IMG/VR virus record: IMGVR_UViG_3300009370_000003
Reading direction: 5' to 3' (one strand)
Length of the DNA stretch: 64,000 bases
Origin: a virus
Both the position numbers and the translations under genes were made by a program. Below are positions 1-9,832 of the stretch, in pieces. The notes beneath the pieces are model-generated. The model worked only from the letters and a program-made list of their open reading frames with translations. It was not told the DNA's origin and searched no databases. Position 1 is the first letter of the stretch; the number at the start of each line of letters is the position of its first letter.

Positions 1-915
1 TCCATATAATGGAGATATAATTGGAACCACTACTGCTTCTGTTGATGGTGTTCCAGCACCTAGTCCTGAACCGACATCAATAGTAGCTCTTTTGTATCCC
101 GTTCCATTATCTGTTACGGTCACATGAGATATAGCCCCTGAAGCATTCACATGAACTGTAACCTCTCCATCTGCACCGTCACCAAGAATAACTTTACTGG
201 TATAATTACCTGTGGTGTATCCAGCTCCTCCACTAACTACTTTAACATGAAGAATTCCGCCATCTATAGCATTGGATTCTACATCCCATTGTGCAGTGGT
301 GTCGTCAGCGACTCCACCTAATTCGGTCTTTGCACCAATGGTTTTAACGGGAATAAAATCGCTAGTAACAAACTTAATTGTATCGGCAGCTGATACAGTA
401 GTTATGTACTTCCAAAGATATCCTCGTCCAGTTCCAGCACCAGTATCACTGGTTGAAACTAAAGCAGTTGCACTGGTTCCAGTAGGTTTAACAGTTGATG
501 CAACGGTTGACCCGTTATCGGCTCTTCCTGTTCTAATGCATTTGTAAATATTATATTCGTCTGTAATCACATAAAAATTTGAATCATACAAGTTAGAAGC
601 TGCTGCTGATCCTGATGAAACAGAACTCGCACTGATTTGGTGGTCATACTCATCATAAATTGTTCCTGTAGTCCAGTTCTTTCTTGAAACTGCATGTGTA
701 ACATCAGCAGTAGCAACTTTCTTCATTGCTATCATGTCTGAATATGCATCGTATTCCTCACCAGTTGAATTTGCTGGTGTAGGTGGTGAGGTATCGTCTG
801 TCCAAGGGAAAGACCTACCTATAAACATAAAAGTTGAAGAAGCGGATTCTCCAAAGTCCTCTATGAATTGTTTAGCACTATGTGTCCTAAACTTTTCGGT
901 TATAATTGCTGCCAT
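1..915 (-). CDS. gp8: Baseplate wedge subunit gp8 (runs off window start)
   Basis: Manual translation MAAIITEKFRTHSAKQFIEDF...FIGRSFPW...SDMIAMKKV...NWTTGTIYDEY, typical of T4-like gp8; follows gp7; missing from ORF track because it is truncated. Confidence 0.85.
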   Translation of the reverse strand, partial: MAAIITEKFRTHSAKQFIEDFGESASSTFMFIGRSFPWTDDTSPPTPANSTGEEYDAYSDMIAMKKVATADVTHAVSRKNWTTGTIYDEYDHQISASSVSSGSAAASNLYDSNFYVITDEYNIYKCIRTGRADNGSTVASTVKPTGTSATALVSTSDTGAGTGRGYLWKYITTVSAADTIKFVTSDFIPVKTIGAKTELGGVADDTTAQWDVESNAIDGGILHVKVVSGGAGYTTGNYTSKVILGDGADGEVTVHVNASGAISHVTVTDNGTGYKRATIDVGSGLGAGTPSTEAVVVPIISPLYG

Positions 916-940
916 TTTAAATCTCCGTTAATCTATAGAT

Positions 941-959
941 TATTTATATACTATTTATA
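941..959 (-). promoter_or_regulatory. Two tandem T4-type late promoters (TATAAATA)
   Basis: tatttata at 941-948 and 952-959, upstream of gp8. Confidence 0.75.
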
Positions 960-3900
960 AAGAACTCAAAGTTGAATTCGTAATATTTGAGGAAATTACA
1001 TAGGAACCCCATGTAATGTCTGTCCTCCTGTTCTCTTTAAGGTCAAAATTCTTCATTCGGTAGTTCGGTAAGAACGAATCCATGTCTGAAATTGTTAACC
1101 CACTATGTTTAGATGTTTCCATTAGAACTGCACTTAAACCGCCATCGATATAATTCGGAGACGATCCTCCAACATCATCAGGGTGAGGGACACCACTTTC
1201 CAAGATGATTCTATCTTCTTCGGTGTTTGTGGTATCCTTTGCATCTGTCGTGTGTAAAACACCATCGTTATTCAACAAGTAATATGATATATCATAAGTT
1301 TGTTGTTCACTTATTTTATTTATGTCACCAATGGTAGAACCAAAGGGAACATATGAAGTAATTGTTGAGCCTTCTGTTCTCTCGTCAAGTAAAGCTCCAC
1401 CATCTTCCAATTCAATGGAATTAAGTGTAAAGTTAGAAGAGTTTGTAACTCTTTCAGTTGCAAGATATTCAATAGCACCACTATGAGTAATAGTTGCGTC
1501 CTCTAATGCCATTGTAAATCCGTCTTCTGTAATAAAAGTCCCACCATATATTGAACCACTTTCGCCTTCTTCTCTTAAATGATTATAATCATCTGCATCG
1601 TCTATAATAAATTTACTGTATCCGTCTTCTAATACTATCCATTCTTCTTCCAAAGTTTGGTGCATACCAGCTGGTAATACAATTCCTGACTCTGCCATTC
1701 TGAATCTCCCTTCGAGTCTTTCGTATGGACTATGAGAAGGATTGTTTACATTATCAATACTTAATGATGTGTGTGTATTTCCTGTGTAATTTGTTATCGT
1801 ACCACCCATACCACTATGATTTGTGCAAAAATAGTATAATGTAGTAGGTGTTGAAGAAGAAGTTGTAATTTGTGTATGAGTAGTGCCGTAGCTAACTCCT
1901 GTCGTATATGTTCCACCACTATTATGTGAACCATCAGGCGTTACTGAAAATCTAAATGGGTGAGTTGACGATGAAGTAAAGTAATATGTTTTATCTCTTT
2001 CCAATTCTAAATGCTTATTTCTTACACCATTAACTTTAAAGACATTTTGAGAACCATTGTTCTCTACTTCTACAGATACACTTACACCTTGTGGATTTGT
2101 ATCTATTCTCATTGGGGTGCTAACTATAGCATTTGCAATAGACTCAAGTATTCGAATATTAAATCTTCTTTGTCCATAACTATCATCTAATGAAGAGGGG
2201 CCGAATCTCGGCTCGCCTTCGGGAGCAACTACAACTGTTGTTCCATCTACACCATTTCCTACAAATGGGTGTGTATTTCCTATTAACGATTCATCAAAAC
2301 CGATTAGGGTAGCTAATTCCTCGTTTGCAAGTCTATCTTGTAATAGGAAGTGACCACCTAGGTCTTGGCCAGAAGTAGCTTCATTTACAATTACTTCTCC
2401 AGCCTCTGTAATAAATGTAGAAGTTTCCGTAGAATATATCTCCCACTCGTTTAAGTATTCGGTTATTGCATTTATATCAGGAGCGTCTTCCAATATCATA
2501 TGATTCTTATCTGCCCAATATAGGAAAGCACCAGTTTCAGGGTGATAAACTTCCGTTGAAGTTTCTAAAATGATATTAGACTCGTCATCTCTCCTATCTC
2601 CTACATAACCACTTGCAGGCGAGTCAACATTAAAGCCTGTGCCTGTTCCGTATTCTTCAATATCAATATGATAAGTTGGGAACCCGTGTATTATAATTGT
2701 TGGTAAGAAGTTAAATCTTTTAGTTCTTTCAAATCCTACTACATTTGTTAATTCATCAAAAGGATTTACAAATTCTTTAACTGCAACTTCACCAAAGAAG
2801 ATATGCCCAGCTGGGTGAACTAAATCTTTAACAACATGTCTCCACTTGTTAATAGACTCACCAACCCTGACAACATATGAATGAGTTTGATATAACCAGC
2901 CGTCATGTAAATTAGAAGCAGATTCATCTAATGTGGATTCACTGGTTACTAACTGTCTTTGAATTGTTCCTTCACCACCAACTTTTCCTCTTGCTTGGAA
3001 TGGGTTAAATTTTAAACAAGTAAATTTGTCTATATTATTATAGTCACATACTTCGTTATCAAGGAAATGACCGTCTAGTGTATCAAATGTTAATACATGT
3101 GTGTTTGGATCATATTTTTTAACTCTACCTGTCGACCCTGTTATCGCTCCTGTAAAAGTTAAATTGGTAGTTAAAGTAGCTGTTGGTGTAGACACCAACA
3201 TTTTAAACATAGAAGTTGAGTGTAATGATTGGTTATTTTTATAGTTATAACCTTGGGCTTGAATATTAAGTGAACCAACACCACCAATTTCATCTGAATA
3301 TGCAACAAGTTTTGCACCTGTTCCACTTGAGACTGCACATTGAACTGCTGTATTTGCAACCTCACTTGTTCCACCAGTGATAACCTCTCCAGCAAGTGTA
3401 AATTGATTTACATCTGTATGTGTTCTTTTAACTATTATTCTTTTATTCTCTAAATCTATTCTTACAATAGTTGCAGTTGCACTTGAAGTTGCACCAGTGA
3501 CAACCTCTCCTTCAAGATATCCTTGTCGTCTGTTTAATGTGTCATACCATACTATATCGGTTGCTTTGTCAAAATAAATATACCCGCCGGGAAAACATTG
3601 AGGTAGTTCTGAATACCCTGTGCCTGGCGAAGTGATTACAACATTTCTGATATATGATTCTGTTGTATTAAGTTGTATTCTTTGTCCGTCTTCGTATAAT
3701 ACATTATTAAAGGCTGTATAGATTTCTATAATATGTCCAGCTGTTCGCCCGTTGACGAATGTAACTCTATCGTTTTTGAATGTGTAATCTGTGTATGGGA
3801 CTTGTAAAACTCCGTTGTCAAATACCTTAACCGAGTTATCATTAAATAAAATTCTTTTTCCGTTATCGTCTTTACCCTTGAAAAGAGTTTGGTTTGCTGT

Positions 3901-5535
3901 TGCAGTTATTTGAAACTGTCCCCATTCAGTTCTATTCTCAAGGTGAGCAACATCTTCTATTGCACCGATAACCCCTTCTGCAGCGTTTCCGTCTGCATTC
4001 GAATTATCAAATACAACTAAGTCCCCGCCATTGTATCCTGTTCCACCGTCTTCAACATAGACTTTATCTACTCCACCCCTTCTTAGTCCGTTGACAACAC
4101 CAAAGGATAATACTGTATCTCTTCCACTCTTACCACTCGTAAACTCTAATCTATCATTTAAGGAATACATAGAACCAAAACTTTGGTGTTCGTTTAGTAA
4201 ACCTCCTGATATAGTGTCATTAAAGTAATCTACATTCTCAGCCGTAGCTGAACCGTTTGCAGTTAATGTTGCATTAGTATCATCTTCGATACTTGCTATT
4301 ACATTTGTATATTTTGTATTGCCTACTTTATATGCAACGGTATCTCCAACCTTAAAGTCTGATAAGAATCTAGCACCAGCTGCACCTATTAATTTTTTAT
4401 CAGTGGTTGAAGTTGTTATATTTCCTTTACCCTGTATACTTTCTAACAGTATACTGTCTCCGTCTTCCTGTGCTACATAAATTGACGATTCTGTTTCGTC
4501 ATAATCAGATAGAATACCTTTAACTCTTCCAGTGACCTTGGTCACTCCGTCTCTATCTACAAATGTGCAAGGCCACTCATGGATAAATGTTCCAAAGTGG
4601 TTTTTTGTAATCTCTAATGAGTATTCTGCTCTTTGTGCGCTCGTTGTTGAAATATCGTAAACATTCTCTACGATTGATTCGGCTATAATTGTGACCCCGT
4701 CTAATTCATATTGAACCACCTTATCAGTTGAACTTGGACGAGTTTTAACATCGTCCATGACAACTGCAATTCTTCTTTGGTCATTATATCCTGACTCTGA
4801 TACTTGGATTGTTTCGTCTATAGGATATCTAATCTCTGCGTCCATGCCATACAGGAATCGCAGTAATAATTCTAATGATTGTTTTGTTCCTTTAGATTGA
4901 TAAAGGCCACTAATGTTTTTAATCGTTAGTCTTGCGTCTTTAGTGTCGTCTATGTCTAACGAAGGTATGAAATCTTTTTGGAAGTAATCTAAAAATTCTT
5001 CCGTTGTCTGATCAACATCTGAATAATTCAGTAGTTGATTGTTTGCAAGGATAGTATTATGTTTATATGTTTTAACTACACCAGTTTGTTTACCTTGCCT
5101 ACTGGTAACCGTTTCACCTGCGTCAAATCCATTTCCTTGGATTGTTTCTAGATATAAAGTATTACCATTAATTAATAGTATCTTTGCAACTGTTTCAGTT
5201 CCTACCCACTCACCTAGAATCCACTTCCCGCCGACAATATAGTCTCCGACTTGAAAAGGATTCTTGTCTGGCATTTCATATAATAATTTAGAAGTTGCAC
5301 TATCAGGTGATGGGTGAACGGTTGCTGGTTCTACGAGAAGATAACCTAAGTCATCTTCAAGTAGAATTTCGTCCAGCTCCCCTTGAGATTCGAGAACTAA
5401 TATCTCTGCTTCAAGGAATTCGAAGTATGCCTTTAGGAACTGCTCAAATATTGGTGCGTCTTCCTGAATAAAATCAGGGACTAGAGTGGATATCCTATCA
5501 GATAACCTATCAATATTGAACGCGTCCTTAGCCAT
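955..5535 (-). CDS. gp7: Baseplate wedge initiator gp7-like, 1526 aa
   Basis: N-term VPDFIQED..F..FLKAYFEFLE, LYQSKGT..S..LLLRFLYG, YQTHSYVV..W...VKDLVHPAGHIFFGEV; lies between gp6 and gp8. Confidence 0.85.
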   Translation of the reverse strand: MAKDAFNIDRLSDRISTLVPDFIQEDAPIFEQFLKAYFEFLEAEILVLESQGELDEILLEDDLGYLLVEPATVHPSPDSATSKLLYEMPDKNPFQVGDYIVGGKWILGEWVGTETVAKILLINGNTLYLETIQGNGFDAGETVTSRQGKQTGVVKTYKHNTILANNQLLNYSDVDQTTEEFLDYFQKDFIPSLDIDDTKDARLTIKNISGLYQSKGTKQSLELLLRFLYGMDAEIRYPIDETIQVSESGYNDQRRIAVVMDDVKTRPSSTDKVVQYELDGVTIIAESIVENVYDISTTSAQRAEYSLEITKNHFGTFIHEWPCTFVDRDGVTKVTGRVKGILSDYDETESSIYVAQEDGDSILLESIQGKGNITTSTTDKKLIGAAGARFLSDFKVGDTVAYKVGNTKYTNVIASIEDDTNATLTANGSATAENVDYFNDTISGGLLNEHQSFGSMYSLNDRLEFTSGKSGRDTVLSFGVVNGLRRGGVDKVYVEDGGTGYNGGDLVVFDNSNADGNAAEGVIGAIEDVAHLENRTEWGQFQITATANQTLFKGKDDNGKRILFNDNSVKVFDNGVLQVPYTDYTFKNDRVTFVNGRTAGHIIEIYTAFNNVLYEDGQRIQLNTTESYIRNVVITSPGTGYSELPQCFPGGYIYFDKATDIVWYDTLNRRQGYLEGEVVTGATSSATATIVRIDLENKRIIVKRTHTDVNQFTLAGEVITGGTSEVANTAVQCAVSSGTGAKLVAYSDEIGGVGSLNIQAQGYNYKNNQSLHSTSMFKMLVSTPTATLTTNLTFTGAITGSTGRVKKYDPNTHVLTFDTLDGHFLDNEVCDYNNIDKFTCLKFNPFQARGKVGGEGTIQRQLVTSESTLDESASNLHDGWLYQTHSYVVRVGESINKWRHVVKDLVHPAGHIFFGEVAVKEFVNPFDELTNVVGFERTKRFNFLPTIIIHGFPTYHIDIEEYGTGTGFNVDSPASGYVGDRRDDESNIILETSTEVYHPETGAFLYWADKNHMILEDAPDINAITEYLNEWEIYSTETSTFITEAGEVIVNEATSGQDLGGHFLLQDRLANEELATLIGFDESLIGNTHPFVGNGVDGTTVVVAPEGEPRFGPSSLDDSYGQRRFNIRILESIANAIVSTPMRIDTNPQGVSVSVEVENNGSQNVFKVNGVRNKHLELERDKTYYFTSSSTHPFRFSVTPDGSHNSGGTYTTGVSYGTTHTQITTSSSTPTTLYYFCTNHSGMGGTITNYTGNTHTSLSIDNVNNPSHSPYERLEGRFRMAESGIVLPAGMHQTLEEEWIVLEDGYSKFIIDDADDYNHLREEGESGSIYGGTFITEDGFTMALEDATITHSGAIEYLATERVTNSSNFTLNSIELEDGGALLDERTEGSTITSYVPFGSTIGDINKISEQQTYDISYYLLNNDGVLHTTDAKDTTNTEEDRIILESGVPHPDDVGGSSPNYIDGGLSAVLMETSKHSGLTISDMDSFLPNYRMKNFDLKENRRTDITWGSYVISSNITNSTLSSL

Positions 5536-5543
5536 AATTCTTA

Positions 5544-6011
5544 TTAAGCGATTGTGCCACCTATGTTAGTCAATAAGTTCCAGCCACCTAATGAAGAACC
5601 CAACCACACTAAGACACAAGCATCGCCCTTGTCTGTAAATGTGATAGTTGTTCCATTATTAAATGTGCCAGGCGTTAATACTACATCATGAGTTGAAGCT
5701 GGGTCAGTCGCAATCACTACGATTTTAATTTCTCCAGCATCACTTGAATCAGATAGACTCAATGCCAAGTTAGCTGAGATACTATCAGCATCTACAGCAA
5801 TAATACCACCATCATTAATATTTCCTGACGCATTCACCGTAGTGATGTCATTAATTGCTAAATGAGTTGGTATATTTTCAAAAAGACTTGAAATTGCAAG
5901 TCTCTTGTTTACAGGTGTTCCTGACGGGTCATCAACAACATGAAGAATATCAGTTGCTGAAACCTCGGAACCTGCCATTACGGTCAAAGCCGTTATTTTT
6001 TTATCTGCCAT
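5544..6011 (-). CDS. Putative virion structural protein
   Basis: MADKKITAL.. N-terminus common in myovirus tail proteins; strong RBS AGGAGG. Confidence 0.6.
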   Translation of the reverse strand: MADKKITALTVMAGSEVSATDILHVVDDPSGTPVNKRLAISSLFENIPTHLAINDITTVNASGNINDGGIIAVDADSISANLALSLSDSSDAGEIKIVVIATDPASTHDVVLTPGTFNNGTTITFTDKGDACVLVWLGSSLGGWNLLTNIGGTIA

Positions 6012-6083
6012 TTTATTTTCCTCCTAAAATCCAAATAAATGGGAAACTACTCGGGGGACTCCCGACCACTTTATACATTTTTA

Positions 6084-7958
6084 TTAATATGAACTGGTAG
6101 AGGTAGTATTAAAACCTACACCAGCACTCGATTCACCACTTGCGATGGTGTCCACTTCAGCAGTCACTTTAATATCGTCACTAGAGATATCAATTAAGTT
6201 ACCTCGCTCTGCAACGATATCATTACCCGAAGGTATGACTGTGAAATCTATCGATGTATCAGTATTAACCGTTGAGGTTAAAATAATAGCATTGATAGTT
6301 ACTAACCCAGTGGAATAGTCAACTACTCCAGCTGCGTTGTCTTTATAAATCCGAGTTGACCCTGATAAGTAATACCTTCTTAAATTACCTTTTCCGTCAT
6401 CGTCAAAGTAATGAGTATTTACAGAATCCCCTCCGACTTTAAAACCACTTGTTACTGTAATCCCACCGGCCATTGCATTGTGACCTGAATGTGGGTTGTA
6501 TAATGCATTACCCAACGATAATGTGTATCCTAATGGATTTGCAGAAAGCGTTGGTTTTAATTTCTTCCTCAACCTTATGTTTGTTGTATTAGATAAGATT
6601 GAAGAATCGGCTGCATCGATTACCTTTGTTAAATTCGAATGTCTAAAGATTGCATCAAATCCATTTAGAAAATCTGTATCGAATTGATTAATTGTGTTCT
6701 TAGTCAATGTTGCAAGTTCTCCCGCAGTTAAGGTTGTTAGAGTTGGATTGTATTTAATTGTTGTAGATATAAGAATCTTAACAATATCAGCATCTATAAT
6801 CTCGGGCCTAACTGTCAACATGTTTAACTTCTTTAAGTTGTTCTTCACCATTGTCTTTTCTGTATCAGAAAGATAGTCAGCATTGTTTGGTTTTAATGCA
6901 ATGAATACTTTACCATATTGTGGTGGGTCATTATCTTCTCCACCCCAAACAGCAACTGCGTCTGCATTCGGATAATATTCTTGAACTTTTGCTTTGTAGT
7001 CATTAAGTGTGACTAATCTATTTTGTGAAGTATAGAATTTGGTTGCTTTAAATTTAATTGACTCGATTGATTCTTTCTCTGCACCACCTGTTGCTGCAGT
7101 TGTGGTGGCAATAGAAGAATCTGTAAATCCATTAACTGCAGATATTTGAGTAAACTTATTAGCTCCGTCAGCATGAAGATCATCAACAATAATATATTCT
7201 ACTGTAATTATATCTCCGTCTAGTAACCCAACACCTAATGTTCCGTCACCAAAATAAAGTTCTGTAAACCCTACTTCGTTTTCTTGAGTGTAATAAACTT
7301 TAGAAGTTGTGTCGATTGTTGATATATCAGTTGACAATGAGTAGGTAGAAGTTATCCCACCTGAATTAACATTAACTGTCATTCTTGTTTTGTCCACTCT
7401 TGCATTTGATAATACAAACTTAGAATTTGGAATTTGTTTATCAAATACGAATTGGTCTTGTGCAAAAGTTCCTTGAACTAAATCTATACCAGCATATGTA
7501 AAGGTTGTTCCGTCTACTGTTGGTGTATAAGTAGCTGCAGTTGCAAACTCATAGTTGGAACCTTCATAAGTTGTTCTAAATGTTGTTCCTCTTGGCATTA
7601 TCATTTCAGTTAGAGTCGGTATAGTTCCGTCTGCACTTCTACAATTCTTTAAAGTCATTGTTGCTATTGCTGTTGAAGCTTTTTCTGATGAAGGAGTAAA
7701 TCCTAAATCCTTTGCACGAGATACTACATTCTTTCTTATCTGTGCTGAATCTAAAAACAGTTCTGAAGCTGCTATGTTTGTGTTAATTGCACCTATGTGT
7801 GATGCATATGCAAGAAGGTCTACTAAAACTGCTAGTGATGACCCCTCGAAGTTATAGTCCCTGAATACCTCTTGACCTTTCAGATAGTTTTTAAGATTAT
7901 CTGTAATGTTATCAAAATCTAAATCAGTGACATTTATTTGTGAACTATTTACTGCCAT
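6084..7958 (-). CDS. gp6: Baseplate wedge subunit gp6
   Basis: LDFDNI..NLK.YL...F.DYNFEGS, FLDSAQIR, QNRLVT..DY, WGGEDNDPP.YGKVFI. Confidence 0.95.
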   Translation of the reverse strand: MAVNSSQINVTDLDFDNITDNLKNYLKGQEVFRDYNFEGSSLAVLVDLLAYASHIGAINTNIAASELFLDSAQIRKNVVSRAKDLGFTPSSEKASTAIATMTLKNCRSADGTIPTLTEMIMPRGTTFRTTYEGSNYEFATAATYTPTVDGTTFTYAGIDLVQGTFAQDQFVFDKQIPNSKFVLSNARVDKTRMTVNVNSGGITSTYSLSTDISTIDTTSKVYYTQENEVGFTELYFGDGTLGVGLLDGDIITVEYIIVDDLHADGANKFTQISAVNGFTDSSIATTTAATGGAEKESIESIKFKATKFYTSQNRLVTLNDYKAKVQEYYPNADAVAVWGGEDNDPPQYGKVFIALKPNNADYLSDTEKTMVKNNLKKLNMLTVRPEIIDADIVKILISTTIKYNPTLTTLTAGELATLTKNTINQFDTDFLNGFDAIFRHSNLTKVIDAADSSILSNTTNIRLRKKLKPTLSANPLGYTLSLGNALYNPHSGHNAMAGGITVTSGFKVGGDSVNTHYFDDDGKGNLRRYYLSGSTRIYKDNAAGVVDYSTGLVTINAIILTSTVNTDTSIDFTVIPSGNDIVAERGNLIDISSDDIKVTAEVDTIASGESSAGVGFNTTSTSSY

Positions 7959-8374
7959 TATCGTACCCTATTTACTGTGAATTGAATCTCTTGATTGTTT
8001 AGACCATTTTTAATACTATAGTAGACGGTAACATCTAAAGAATTGTCTTCAACTCGAAATGTGCATCTCACATCTTCAACTCTAGGCTCAAATATCATAA
8101 TTGCTTTTGCCATTTGTTTTCTAGCCCGTCTAACTTGTCTATCGGTGTCCAATTCAAATAATAGACCCCTGACATTTCCACCTAAACTTGGTTTAAATGG
8201 TCTCTCATAGTAGTTTGTTAATACAATATTCCTAACTGCTCTACGAACTGCGTCTGAATCAGACTTAGTTGCAACATCTCCAGTTATTGGGTGTGCGGTA
8301 AAAAACAAATCAAGGTCTTTATATGCTTCCTTGACTGCAACATTTTTACCTTTGTTTACTACATAGTCGACCAT
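7958..8374 (-). CDS. gp25: Baseplate wedge subunit gp25
   Basis: YKDLDL.F..HP.TGD, AV.RAVRNIVLT...ERPF.P..G, FEPRV. Confidence 0.93.
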   Translation of the reverse strand: MVDYVVNKGKNVAVKEAYKDLDLFFTAHPITGDVATKSDSDAVRRAVRNIVLTNYYERPFKPSLGGNVRGLLFELDTDRQVRRARKQMAKAIMIFEPRVEDVRCTFRVEDNSLDVTVYYSIKNGLNNQEIQFTVNRVR

Positions 8375-8379
8375 AATAC

Positions 8380-8387
8380 TATTTATA
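8380..8387 (-). promoter_or_regulatory. Late promoter TATAAATA
   Basis: Exact motif 5 nt upstream of the gp25 ATG. Confidence 0.75.
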
Positions 8388-8404
8388 CTCCGTTAACATC
8401 TTTT

Positions 8405-9832
8405 CTATGAAGGTTTCTTAGTTTCTGCTGGAGCTCCTGAACCAGCACCACCCGCTCCACTAAAGTAATTGTGTGTATGAGTTGCAAGTGTTGGAGCATT
8501 TCCTGCCTTAGTATCAATATCACCTTGGGCAGTAATTGTTGAATCGTTAGTTTGTTTACCAGTTATATGAACTGTTCCATCAACTGTTAAGTTTGTAGTC
8601 ATTAATGTTTCAGGTGAAGTGAAGGTAGTGTTACCCACTACATCTGCATTTAATGTTCCGCCTATCTGTGCGTCAACATTACCTAGTGTCACATCTAACC
8701 ATACATTTCCTTCTGATACTGTTGTTTTCATATCACCTTTTGTAACCTCTGTATTAACATCACCTTGCAATACCTTCATATCAACATCACCTGTATTGAC
8801 ATTAATAGTGACATGACCTTTCTCTACAGTTATGTCAGCGTTCCCAGCAATAAATAGTTTGTCGTCCTTTGCAATTACTTCCCATTTATCATTTACTATT
8901 CGTGTTGACTCTGTTCCATCAGGGTGAATCTCATGGAATGTTCCTGACCTATGGTATAAGTTAATCCTCTCTGCACCTTTTGTATCGTCTACCTCGAATA
9001 CATGTCCACTCTCTGTTTCTGTAACTTTATTATATGGGTATACTGGTTTTGCTACAGTGTCTATCCATAACTTCTCATCACTACGAGGGTATTGTCCACC
9101 CTTTGGTTTTACTGCACTGGTATCAATATCATTCCATGCTGTCGCAGCGTCTTCGTCCTTCGAAGTTGCAGATAAAAGTTTAGTTGATAATATTAATTCG
9201 TTTAAAGAAGACTTCTTCTTTAGTTCTCCTTCTGTAAAGACTCCTCTTGTATAAGGTGAGTAATCTGAGCTGTCTGTATATAATGGATACCAAGGTAAGT
9301 CTTCCTTTGTTAATTCTCTTTCCTCTATTGTTGACCCAGTTCCGTCATAGTTGACTTCAATTTTTGCTGGATTAACTGGTGCGGTATCCATTGCAGTTGT
9401 AAGACCCCAACCTCTTCTTGAATCCTGAACTGGGTTTGGCATTTCAGAAGTATCTTTATAATCGTCAACGGTTAATTGTCTAGGGTCATTAAATCCTTTC
9501 TCTACATCTCTTGTTATTAATTCGTCTGTGATAGATTCTTTATACCCAACTTGTGGTATACCAGCTGCAGTTCCAAGAATTATTGGGTCTTGTTTTGCAG
9601 CGTCTCTAAAGTATCCAAATACCGTAGACCCCTCTACAAGTCCATGGCCTGTTCCTATTCCTGATAGACCAGCAGAAGTTGTTGGAAGGATAACCTGACA
9701 CCATGGTAAGTCTGCAGTTGCAATTAAAGTCTTTTCGTCTGTATGTATCCCGTGTATGCGCACGCGCACGCGACCCACTTGTAATGGGTCTTGTCTGTCT
9801 TCAACTATTCCGTAAAAGTAATCCATTACCAC
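8405..9832 (-). CDS. gp5: Baseplate central spike gp5 (no lysozyme domain)
   Basis: OB-fold GIVEDRQDPL..GRVRVRIHG..LPW; YPYNKV.ETESGH..E.DDT.GAERI..YHRSGTF; beta-helix repeats; C-terminal THTH. Confidence 0.92.
   Translation of the reverse strand: MVMDYFYGIVEDRQDPLQVGRVRVRIHGIHTDEKTLIATADLPWCQVILPTTSAGLSGIGTGHGLVEGSTVFGYFRDAAKQDPIILGTAAGIPQVGYKESITDELITRDVEKGFNDPRQLTVDDYKDTSEMPNPVQDSRRGWGLTTAMDTAPVNPAKIEVNYDGTGSTIEERELTKEDLPWYPLYTDSSDYSPYTRGVFTEGELKKKSSLNELILSTKLLSATSKDEDAATAWNDIDTSAVKPKGGQYPRSDEKLWIDTVAKPVYPYNKVTETESGHVFEVDDTKGAERINLYHRSGTFHEIHPDGTESTRIVNDKWEVIAKDDKLFIAGNADITVEKGHVTINVNTGDVDMKVLQGDVNTEVTKGDMKTTVSEGNVWLDVTLGNVDAQIGGTLNADVVGNTTFTSPETLMTTNLTVDGTVHITGKQTNDSTITAQGDIDTKAGNAPTLATHTHNYFSGAGGAGSGAPAETKKPS

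Noticed and set aside
272-931. Plus-strand ORFs at the window start
   Set aside because: Antisense to the truncated gp8 gene
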